Assembly: GCA_026705925.1 (NCBI GenBank)
Contig: JAPOZT010000012.1
Coordinates: 4,913-68,912 of the forward strand
Reading direction: 5' to 3'
Origin: Gemmatimonadota bacterium
Lineage (GTDB): Bacteria > JAAXHH01
Length of the DNA: 64,000 bases
Position 1 is the stretch's first letter; every line of letters starts with the position of its first letter. Positions 45,603 through 53,895 of the stretch are shown in pieces. The position numbers were made by a program, and so were the translations under genes. The notes beneath the pieces were generated by a model. That model saw only the letters and a program-made list of their open reading frames with translations. It was not told the DNA's origin and did not search any database.

Positions 45603-46151
45603 CTATTCGCCCACCGTGGCGATCACCTCGACTTCGCACCGCGCGCCGAAGGCCAGGCCGCTGCCGGCGAAGGCGCTGCGGGCCGGCTTGTCGCCGGGGA
45701 AGTACGTGACGTACACCTCGTTGAAGGCGGGCCATTCGGCGATGTCCGCCAGCATGACCGTGGCCTTGATCACCCGGTCCATGGAGGATCCGTTGGCTTC
45801 CAGGACCGCGTTGATGTTCTCCATGGTCTGGCGGGCCTCGCCCTGTATGCCCCCCGGCGCCAGGTCCGTCGTACCGGGGATGTTCCCGATCTGGCCGGAG
45901 AGGAACAGCAGGTGCCCCACGCGCACGGCGTCCGAGAAGGGCAGGTTCATGCTCGCCGTGGTCTCCGAGGTGAGGTAGACCGCCTCGGGGATAGACGGGG
46001 CCGAAGCTGGGGGCGACGATTCGTCCTGCTGAATTTCAGCGCATGCCGCGACGAACATCAGCGACATAGCGGCATACATCAGCGACATCACGAAAACCAT
46101 CGAGGGTATGGAGGTTGTCCGCGATGACAAAGCGGTGTCGTGCAACGGCAT
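45603..46151 (-). CDS. RidA/YjgF-family protein with a lipoprotein-type signal
   Basis: The C-terminal ~125 aa is canonical RidA (GHLLFLSGQIG, QTMENINAVLEA, ATVMLADI, PARSAF, VEVIA). The N-terminus has ...MVFVMSLMYAAMSLMFVAAC with a lipobox. The start is uncertain (ATG 46151, or upstream as far as 46253). Confidence 0.75.
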   Translation of the reverse strand: MPLHDTALSSRTTSIPSMVFVMSLMYAAMSLMFVAACAEIQQDESSPPASAPSIPEAVYLTSETTASMNLPFSDAVRVGHLLFLSGQIGNIPGTTDLAPGGIQGEARQTMENINAVLEANGSSMDRVIKATVMLADIAEWPAFNEVYVTYFPGDKPARSAFAGSGLAFGARCEVEVIATVGE

Positions 46152-46367
46152 GGAGGTAATCCGTGATCGCGAAACAACAGCGCGTAGTCTTCCAATCATA
46201 TTGCGCTCCATTTGTAAGGAGTGTCTGTCCAAGCGAGTAATCGGTTTCCCCAATATGAAATGGTAAACCTGAAACTAACGAATTGAAGTTGACCCGGTCA
46301 AGCGTACATGTTACTTGTTGTGATGAAAGCGCACATGTAGTCCTTCGAGTTAAACTGGGGAATTCCC

Positions 46368-49049
46368 ATGATCCTAAACACATGCTACAACCGTCCCAGG
46401 CGGCGTCGATGCACCCCCGCGCCACTTGTAGCTGCACTGATCGTTCCCGTGTTGCTTGCTGCCTCGCTGACCCTCGCTGGCGCCGATTCGGCAGCGGCGC
46501 AGGCCGGCCAGCGCATCTTCCGCTCGATCCCTGCGCCGGGCGACACTACGCACGTAGCCGTGCCGGGCGGGCGGTTCGAGAAGGGTGGTTTCGGCCGGTG
46601 GTTTTACGGCAGCGACTACCGCCAGCTCTGGACGACGCCCCTCGAATTGCCGGTCCTCGACCTGGATGCCGTGGGCGGAGGGCTGTCGCCCATGCGCCCC
46701 GGCGGCGCCGGTCAGTCCATTTCGCTCCATTTCATGGGCGAGGACGGCCGCCGCTACACGGTGCGCTCCATCGACAAGGACCCGTCCAAGCGGCTTTTGG
46801 ATGAACTCAAGGACACGGTTGTCGAGGACGTGATCCAGGACCTCGTGAGCGCTCATCTGCCGGCGGCGGGCCTGGTGGTGGACGCCCTGATGGAAGCAAC
46901 CGGAGTACTGCACGCACCGCACCGGCTCGTGGTGATCCCCGATGATCCCAGGCTGGAATCGTTCCGCGAGGAATATGCCGGGCTGATCGGCACCCTGCAG
47001 GAGCATCCGTCCGAAGCCCCCGGCAACGAGCCGGGGTTCGCCGGTTCCCGCCGGGTGAGTGGCACGGAAAGACTGTACGAAGGTCTTGAAGAGTCCCCCT
47101 GCGAACGCGTGGACGCCCGGGCCTATCTCAAAGCGCGCCTGATCGATTTCCTGATCGGCGATTCGGACCGCCATCGGGGCCAGTGGCGATGGGCCCAGTT
47201 TCCGGCCGGCGACTGCTACACGTGGCTACCGGTCCCCGAAGACCGGGACAAGGCCTTCATCGACCTGGACGGACAGTTTATGAAACTGGTGCGACGGATC
47301 GAGCCCAAGTTTGTCCGTTTTCAAGAGGAATATCCGAACCACAAGGGGCTGTCCCGCACGGGCTGGGAACTGGACCGCCAGCTGCTGGCCGAACTGGAAT
47401 GGAGCGCGTGGGACGAGGTGGTCGCCACGGTACAGTCCGAATTGCCGGACCCGGTGATCGACGAAGCCGTGAAGCGCCTGCCGGATCCGTTCTACACGCA
47501 GGTGGGGGACTTCCTGGCCCGGACGCTGAAGGTGCGGCGTGACACGCTCGGTGACTTCGCGGCGCGGTACTACGGGTTCATCAGCAACGAGGTCGAAATC
47601 CGGGCGACGGACGAGGACGAATACCTCGAACTGGAACACCGGGCAGACGGCGCGCTGGAGGTGCGCATCAGCCTGGCCGGGACGCCGGACATCCCGTATT
47701 TCCGCCGTACCCTCTACCCCCACGAGACCGAGGAAGTGCGGATCTACCTGCACGGCGGGGACGATCAGACCAACGTCGTCGGAGACCGGACCAGGATCAA
47801 GGTGCACGTGGACGGCGGCGGGGGCGACGATGCCTTCGCGAACAACTCCCGGGCGGGACGCGGGACGACGCGGTTCTACGACGCGCGCGGCCGGAATCGC
47901 TTCGAAGGCGGCCGGGCGCACGTCAACGAGCGACGTTTCGTGCGGCCGAGGAACGAGAGTGTGATCGCGCAGGACATCTATACCCTCGACTGGGGCCGCG
48001 TATCGGGTATTCGCCCGGTAGTTTATTACAAGTCCGACTTCGGCTTCTACGCCGGGCTTCAGTACGCCCGGTTGAGTTATGGCTACCGGAAAGCGCCGTA
48101 TGCCGCACGGTACACCATCGACGTCGGCGTCGCCTCGCGGGGTGGAGCGAAACCCTTCGTCACCTATTCCGGCCGGTTCCGACATATGCTTCGGAACGTG
48201 GACGGTCAGCTGGAGATGGGGTACTCCGGCATCAACATGGTACGCTTCAACGGCTTCGGCAACGACTACAATCTCACGGAAGACGAGCCGTTCTACGAGC
48301 TGGAACAAGCGCAGTTCCTTCTCGCACCCGCCCTGTCATTCACGGGTTCCGGTGACGCGCACGGCAAGTGGAACCTGACGGCCGGCCCCGTCGCCAAGAT
48401 CACCAACACCTCGTTAGACGAAAACGAAGGGAAGTACATCGCATCCTACGACACGCCGCTGTACGGAACGGGATCCTTCGGGCAGGCCGGGGTGCGCGGG
48501 GAAGTCGTCTTCGACACCCGCGACCATCCGGCTCACGCCCGGCGGGGTGCGCGGATCAGGCTGTCCGGTGAACTCTATCCGGCGCTGTGGGACGTCGAAT
48601 CGATCTTCGGCAATGTCGCGGGGGAGGCGTCCACCTATCTCTCGGCGAACATCCCCGCCTCCCCCACCCTCGCCCTGCGCGTGGGCGGCAAAACCGTCCT
48701 CGGGGAGTATCCCTTCCACGAAGCCGCTGCGATCGGCGGTTCTGAAAACCTGCGGGGATTCCGCAAGTTTCGCTTCGCGGGAGATTCCGCGGTCTACGGC
48801 AACGGCGAGCTACGGTTCCGGCTGACCCCGATCAAGTTCCTGGTTCCCGGTGACCTCGGCGCGTTCGGTGCCGTCGACGTGGGGCGTGTATTCTACGGGA
48901 ACGACCCGGGCAATGCCGACAACTGGCATATCGGCAGGGGCGGCGGGCTCTGGGTCTCCTTCACCGAGCGGCGGGCGACGCTGAGCCTGGCGATGATGGA
49001 CAGCAAGGACAAGACCGAGCTGTACCTGTACTTCGGGTTCATGTTCTAG
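46368..49049 (+). CDS. Omp85/BamA-TamA-superfamily outer-membrane protein with an uncharacterised periplasmic domain
   Basis: Signal peptide. The C-terminal barrel has FDTRDHPAHARRG, GGSENLRGFRKFRFAGD, GAVDVGRVF and terminal YLYFGFMF. The N-terminal half carries LIGDSDRHRGQWRWAQF...PVPEDRDKAF. Confidence 0.75.
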   Translation: MILNTCYNRPRRRRCTPAPLVAALIVPVLLAASLTLAGADSAAAQAGQRIFRSIPAPGDTTHVAVPGGRFEKGGFGRWFYGSDYRQLWTTPLELPVLDLDAVGGGLSPMRPGGAGQSISLHFMGEDGRRYTVRSIDKDPSKRLLDELKDTVVEDVIQDLVSAHLPAAGLVVDALMEATGVLHAPHRLVVIPDDPRLESFREEYAGLIGTLQEHPSEAPGNEPGFAGSRRVSGTERLYEGLEESPCERVDARAYLKARLIDFLIGDSDRHRGQWRWAQFPAGDCYTWLPVPEDRDKAFIDLDGQFMKLVRRIEPKFVRFQEEYPNHKGLSRTGWELDRQLLAELEWSAWDEVVATVQSELPDPVIDEAVKRLPDPFYTQVGDFLARTLKVRRDTLGDFAARYYGFISNEVEIRATDEDEYLELEHRADGALEVRISLAGTPDIPYFRRTLYPHETEEVRIYLHGGDDQTNVVGDRTRIKVHVDGGGGDDAFANNSRAGRGTTRFYDARGRNRFEGGRAHVNERRFVRPRNESVIAQDIYTLDWGRVSGIRPVVYYKSDFGFYAGLQYARLSYGYRKAPYAARYTIDVGVASRGGAKPFVTYSGRFRHMLRNVDGQLEMGYSGINMVRFNGFGNDYNLTEDEPFYELEQAQFLLAPALSFTGSGDAHGKWNLTAGPVAKITNTSLDENEGKYIASYDTPLYGTGSFGQAGVRGEVVFDTRDHPAHARRGARIRLSGELYPALWDVESIFGNVAGEASTYLSANIPASPTLALRVGGKTVLGEYPFHEAAAIGGSENLRGFRKFRFAGDSAVYGNGELRFRLTPIKFLVPGDLGAFGAVDVGRVFYGNDPGNADNWHIGRGGGLWVSFTERRATLSLAMMDSKDKTELYLYFGFMF

Positions 49050-49111
49050 GGGAGGGCCGGCAGTCGGTCGGTGCGGCATACCGGGATGGTGGCCACCCCG
49101 GAATGGTGGCC

Positions 49112-50344
49112 CTACCTGCCGTCCGGCTCGTCCAGCAGCGGAATGCGCATCTGGAAGACAGGCGTTTCCTGCCCCGTTCTCACGACACGCACGACCGGCA
49201 CGGCGGGATCTCCGTCTCCCGCTCCCTCTCTCTCGAGGCGGACGAAGTCGAGCACGACGAATCCCGGAACGGCATGGGCGAAGATCGTTTCGGGAAGGTC
49301 GGTCACGCGCGTCACTTTTCCGGTGGAACCCGCCCCGCTCACGATATGCATCCCGGCGACCTCGTCGCCTTCGAAGAGCTGCAGGCTGTGATCATGTCCC
49401 GCGGCGTAGACGAGGGGCCTGTGCCTTACGAGCGCATTCCTTACCTGCTCGGCGTGGGTGATGTATTGCGGATGGAACAGCGTGAGTTCGGATCGAGGCC
49501 GCAGCAGTAGATGATACAGGTTGACCAGGATATCGATGAGCATTCCTTGCCCCAGGTCGGCGCGGTCGCCGGCCGACCGCAGTGGATAATGACTCGCCAG
49601 GATCACGTAGTGGTTTTCCAACGAGGCGAAGGCGTCGTCGATCCGCTGACCGAAATCTCCGCCAGCACACCTGCTGCCGTCGTGCACCTCTGAGAACCAG
49701 GGCAACCAATCGATGGCGACGACCGCGATCCCCCTTTCCATCCGCTCCCCCGGCCGAAGCAGTTCGCGTACGGCAGGCCCCGGACATCCGTCGCGGGGCA
49801 GGAAGTCCACATCGCCCTCGGGCCATTCCAGTACGAACTCCTGCTGCGCGATGACGCGCTCTCCCGTCCAGTCTCGTGGAGAGGAACCCCAATCATGGTT
49901 GCCCGGTACGAAGATCCGCAGCGCTGATGTGGCCTCGAGCTGCTGTCGCAAAACGGACTCGCCCCAGGCGCGGTTATCCTCCTCCAGCCCCGACGGGTAA
50001 AGATTGTCGCCCAGCAACACCACGGCGGCACGGTCCGTCGGAACCGCCCAGCGTCCGATAGCAGCCAGCGTGGGATCCTCCGGAACAGGCTCCCCTGTGT
50101 CTCCGGTCAGGATAATACGGTAGGCGACCCGGGCCGTATCGGCTGCATCGGCGACGGCGATCAGGTCCGGCGGGGCGTCCCACCGAATGAACGGGTCCCC
50201 GCCGGCGTCGTAGTTCTCCCCCCGCAGACGTCCCGCGTGGCAACCCGCCAGGACTACGGCCAGCGACAGGAGCAGCGCGATTACGGGCATGAATACCCGA
50301 CGACACGCCACCATATCCGTATTCACTTGCGATCGCGTTGACAT
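49112..50344 (-). CDS. Calcineurin-like metallophosphoesterase, probable lipoprotein
   Basis: LTGDTGEP, LLGDNLYPSG, GNHDW and AGHDH. The N-terminus has MVACRRVFMPVIALLLSLAVVLAGC. The start is uncertain (50314, 50344 or TTG 50371). Confidence 0.8.
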   Translation of the reverse strand: MSTRSQVNTDMVACRRVFMPVIALLLSLAVVLAGCHAGRLRGENYDAGGDPFIRWDAPPDLIAVADAADTARVAYRIILTGDTGEPVPEDPTLAAIGRWAVPTDRAAVVLLGDNLYPSGLEEDNRAWGESVLRQQLEATSALRIFVPGNHDWGSSPRDWTGERVIAQQEFVLEWPEGDVDFLPRDGCPGPAVRELLRPGERMERGIAVVAIDWLPWFSEVHDGSRCAGGDFGQRIDDAFASLENHYVILASHYPLRSAGDRADLGQGMLIDILVNLYHLLLRPRSELTLFHPQYITHAEQVRNALVRHRPLVYAAGHDHSLQLFEGDEVAGMHIVSGAGSTGKVTRVTDLPETIFAHAVPGFVVLDFVRLEREGAGDGDPAVPVVRVVRTGQETPVFQMRIPLLDEPDGR

Positions 50345-50371
50345 CCGCAGGGCGTTATTCGATCCTCGCAA

Positions 50372-51448
50372 TTACCGTCCCTTCGCAACGGGGTAGAAAC
50401 TCAGGGTCGCGCGCTTCCCCGCCCCTTCGTCCGCGATGACCAGCGTATGGTCCGAGGCAAAGGTGATGCCCTCGGCCTGCCGATGCAAGCCGGCCTTCAG
50501 CCTTCGAACGGAGAGGACCGTTCCCCCGGGGTTGATCTCGGCAATGGCGCGCTGGCGAGCCGCCACGATAAACAAGTTTCCCGATGCAGGATGCCGTTCG
50601 ATACCCGATGGTTGGAAAGTCTCGCGATCGATAGGGCGGGCGAACGCGGAGGCCACAATGAGGATGAGTCCGTCTTCGACGAGCTGTCTGGTAACCAGCG
50701 ACCAGCGGTATAAGGCGATCTGGTCCCCTTGCCGGGGGTTTCTGGGATTCTTGCTGACGAGCAGCAGCTCGCGCCGGTCCGGATCGTAGGCGAGTCCTTC
50801 TATTTCATGCACGCGGCCGACGCCGGTCTCATAACGGTTGTAGGGAACGGCCGACCCGTCGTCGCCTTCAACGAACTCGTACAGCCGGCCTGTGCTCGTG
50901 ACGAGATACAGCCGGTCCTCGGCCGCGGCGATGCCTTCGAAGTCGTCGGCGACCCGGCCCCGCGGACCGCCGAGTTCGAAGTCCTTCACGATCGAACCGT
51001 CGCGGAAGTCGATTTCTACTACCGTGCCTCTTTCGTCATCGTGGGCGAGAAGCCGGTTCCCCTCAAGCATGGCCAGGCCGGATATTTCCCGCAGCCGCCT
51101 TGGCAACCTGAATTGCCGGTCCGGTTCATCGAAATCGTAACGCCCGAGGAGAAGAGGATCCCCCGGGGTTGCCACGGTGGAATCAGCAATAGAGGTCTGG
51201 TTGACCGTTGATGCGGCCCTTGCATTTACGGCGGTATTCATCGTCTCGTCCGGCATCGCAGAGACGCCGCCATCCCGCATTCCAGCCGCGCCGACGCCAG
51301 GTTCCGCCGACGCGCCCACGCCCGTACCGACCGGCGTACCCACTTCCGGTTCGACCGGCGCGTCCTCCCCCACGAACATGGCCACCGCGAAGAAGACCAC
51401 GCTCAGACCCAGAAACGCCGTCAGGAGCTTATTGCCCGGGGGCCTCAT
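50372..51448 (-). CDS. SdiA-regulated/YjiK-like beta-propeller protein with an N-terminal anchor
   Basis: ATG 51448 is preceded by GGAGAGG. ISGLAMLEG, FEGIAAAEDRLYLVTS, IEGLAYDP, PSGIERHPASGNLFIV and AEGITFASD are repeated blade motifs. Confidence 0.65.
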   Translation of the reverse strand: MRPPGNKLLTAFLGLSVVFFAVAMFVGEDAPVEPEVGTPVGTGVGASAEPGVGAAGMRDGGVSAMPDETMNTAVNARAASTVNQTSIADSTVATPGDPLLLGRYDFDEPDRQFRLPRRLREISGLAMLEGNRLLAHDDERGTVVEIDFRDGSIVKDFELGGPRGRVADDFEGIAAAEDRLYLVTSTGRLYEFVEGDDGSAVPYNRYETGVGRVHEIEGLAYDPDRRELLLVSKNPRNPRQGDQIALYRWSLVTRQLVEDGLILIVASAFARPIDRETFQPSGIERHPASGNLFIVAARQRAIAEINPGGTVLSVRRLKAGLHRQAEGITFASDHTLVIADEGAGKRATLSFYPVAKGR

Positions 51449-51461
51449 AGACCACCTCTCC

Positions 51462-52385
51462 TCAAGGTTGCGGCCGTTCCTCCAGCTCCACCTTTGCGGC
51501 ATGACCCTCGGTGATCTTCTCCAGCGCCGCGGTGAAGGCCGCCGGATCCGACTTCTTCTTCATCCGGACGTCGAACTCGACGATCGAAGCGTCGTCCCCC
51601 TCTTCCACGACTCCAGCGAACTGCCAGCGCGCGGCATAGGTCGCCAGCAGCGCTTCGGCGGCTTGCTGCGCCGCTTCGGAGCGCGACGTGTGTACCCTGA
51701 GCCTGGAAGTGAAGGGCTTGGACTTTTTGCCCTCCCCGGGATCGCTCCCGTCAGGCCCCGGGAGCCCGCCGGCCGGGTGCACCAGCCTGAGCCCGGACAG
51801 TACCGCGGGCTCCGCACCCCAGTTCATGCGCCAGACGACGAGCACCACGGCATTGAAGGCCACCGAGGCCAGGATCGCCACCGAACCGTACTGGATCCCG
51901 GCGGCCAGCCCGATGCCGATAACGATGAACATGTAGATGGCGTCCATGGTCTCGTTCAGTGACGTGCGGAAGCGTACCGCGGCGACGATACCCGCGATAC
52001 TGAAGGCGAGGGCGATGCTGTCCTTCACGAGAAAGACGACGAGGGCGATCGCGATGGGGACGACGAGGAGGGTCTGGGCAAAGGCCTGATCGTATTTCTT
52101 GCGGGGCCGCGTCCAGCGATAGACCCAGACCACGGGCAGGGCGAAGAGAAAGGAAAACAGCAACGACATGGTCACCGGAACGAACACCTGGGACAGGCCC
52201 GCATCGGCCTCGAACTGTTCGAAATCCAGGGTCGGAAGGGAACTGTCTTCGATCCGTTCGGCCACCTGAAATTCGAGGAAGACCCCCGGAAGCAACTCCC
52301 ACAGGGCCGCGAAAAAAAGGAACGAGGCAATATAATAGACCACGAGCCGGATAATGATATGGTCGAGCAGGCCAGATCCTTGCAT
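51462..52385 (-). CDS. DUF4956-like membrane protein with a soluble C-terminal extension
   Basis: Four or five TM helices with IAGIVAAVRFRTSLNETMDAIYMFIVIGIGLAAG, which matches my recollection of the DUF4956 core. The ~100-aa C-terminal alpha/beta extension is unassigned. Confidence 0.55.
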   Translation of the reverse strand: MQGSGLLDHIIIRLVVYYIASFLFFAALWELLPGVFLEFQVAERIEDSSLPTLDFEQFEADAGLSQVFVPVTMSLLFSFLFALPVVWVYRWTRPRKKYDQAFAQTLLVVPIAIALVVFLVKDSIALAFSIAGIVAAVRFRTSLNETMDAIYMFIVIGIGLAAGIQYGSVAILASVAFNAVVLVVWRMNWGAEPAVLSGLRLVHPAGGLPGPDGSDPGEGKKSKPFTSRLRVHTSRSEAAQQAAEALLATYAARWQFAGVVEEGDDASIVEFDVRMKKKSDPAAFTAALEKITEGHAAKVELEERPQP

Positions 52386-52432
52386 AAGTCACCTCGGAAT
52401 CGTGCGATGCGAGGGCGGTCAATCCATGCGCC

Positions 52433-53581
52433 CTACCACGTGAAGCTGAACATTTCGGCCGTGGGCGGATCGGGTCCGGTCCTGCCGGCGTTCGGGCCCT
52501 TGTACCGTTCGGGCACGGCCGACCAGTCTTCGTAGATATCTCCGTCCAGGAAAAAACGCCGCGTCATACCGGGTCCCATGGACGGCCGGTCCGACAGGAA
52601 GAGTTCGTAGAAATGGGTTGGCGGGTCCGGACCTGTCCGATCGCCGTAAGGGATGAATTCACCGAGACCGTCGCCGTCGACGTCCGTGTGGATCCAGTCG
52701 AGCTCGAGCAGGTTGTGAAAGGTCCGGTCGGCCACCATGGCGCGCATCTCGGCGTCGAACCCGGAGATGATCGAATCGGCGCCGGGAAGCGTGCGTTTTA
52801 CAGCGAGGTGGAGCGAACGCGTGAGCAGCGGCGTCGAACCGAAGACCAGGCGAGTTCGTGCTTCGTCCCCGTGATTGGCCATGAGGTACTGGACGACCAG
52901 ATCGTCCAACAGCGCGTAATCAACCTCCCCGTTCAGGAGGCTTGCAACACCGTCCTCGTCACTGTTCGAGCGGACGAATTCCGGCCCGCCCTCTGCCTCT
53001 GCCACACTCGCGTATGCGAGCCCCGCGACCAGGGCGACCTTCGTTCCGGCGAGGCCGGCCAAAGAGGCAGCGGATACGTCGCTGCCCGCCCGTCCCACGA
53101 GGATCAGCCGGTTCTTCAGATAGGGCTGGGAGTAGATCATCGCGTCTTCCCGCGCTGCGCTCCCCCAGACTGCCGCACTTCCATCGAACGCCCCGGTCAG
53201 CAGCGCGGACGACAACCCTTGCTCGTCCATGACGACCGTATCGGCGCCGATGCCCAAGCGTTCCAGGGCCGTTTCGACCAGGTCGAGGGCGAACCGCGGT
53301 TTTCCCGATGCGCCGGCGAAAGGCGACCACGTTGTCGTCACCAGCCGCAGCGGCCTGCCCGACAGCGCGAGATGGCCGTCGAATCGCGCGACGGATGCGG
53401 AAGCGGACTCCGGTCCATTCGTGGCGGCGCCCTGCTCGAACAGGCCTCCCGACGGGCCGCCAGGCGGCCCTTTCTCCTCGGAATCGAAGAGCGCGAACTC
53501 CTCTACAATCACCGCCACTAAGAAAAACACGAAGCTGAAGATAAGAAACCAAACCAGCAGTTTGTTGCCCGGTCTGTACAT
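52433..53581 (-). CDS. Membrane-anchored SBP_bac_3-like (type 3 periplasmic binding fold) protein
   Basis: ATG 53581 (MYRPGNKLLVWFLIFSFVFFLVAVIV). The PBP-like core has LVTTTWSPF, YSQPYLKNRLILV, VALVAGLAY and GEVDYALLD. The C-terminal region has DVDGDGLGEF and two GPDPPT motifs. Confidence 0.65.
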   Translation of the reverse strand: MYRPGNKLLVWFLIFSFVFFLVAVIVEEFALFDSEEKGPPGGPSGGLFEQGAATNGPESASASVARFDGHLALSGRPLRLVTTTWSPFAGASGKPRFALDLVETALERLGIGADTVVMDEQGLSSALLTGAFDGSAAVWGSAAREDAMIYSQPYLKNRLILVGRAGSDVSAASLAGLAGTKVALVAGLAYASVAEAEGGPEFVRSNSDEDGVASLLNGEVDYALLDDLVVQYLMANHGDEARTRLVFGSTPLLTRSLHLAVKRTLPGADSIISGFDAEMRAMVADRTFHNLLELDWIHTDVDGDGLGEFIPYGDRTGPDPPTHFYELFLSDRPSMGPGMTRRFFLDGDIYEDWSAVPERYKGPNAGRTGPDPPTAEMFSFTW

Positions 53582-53895
53582 GATTCTTATCCTGTCGTTG
53601 ACAAAACGCCGCGCGTATTGCAGGCCCCCGACTGGCAGCCCTGTTTTGAGTTTAGCCTTACCCGCGTGAGAAATCGCACGAGCGTCTGGCAAATCGGAAG
53701 GTGCAGTGTATCTGATTGCTTTTGTAAATGAAGTTCAAAACTAAAAATAACGACTGTACCGTACTTCGCATGCGAAAAACGGACGATAGGCTAAAAAACC
53801 TGAATCTATGTTATAAAAAATGGTTATATTAATTGTACATTCAACAAGTTGTATTAATGAATTTCTCGCGGTGAACACGAGCGGAGCGCAGAATT

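Noticed and set aside
49050-49111. A direct repeat CCGG(G/A)ATGGTGGCC x2 between the convergent Omp85 and metallophosphoesterase genes, considered as a terminator.
   Set aside because: It is a direct repeat, not an inverted one, so it forms no hairpin, and there is no T-run. It is probably fortuitous.
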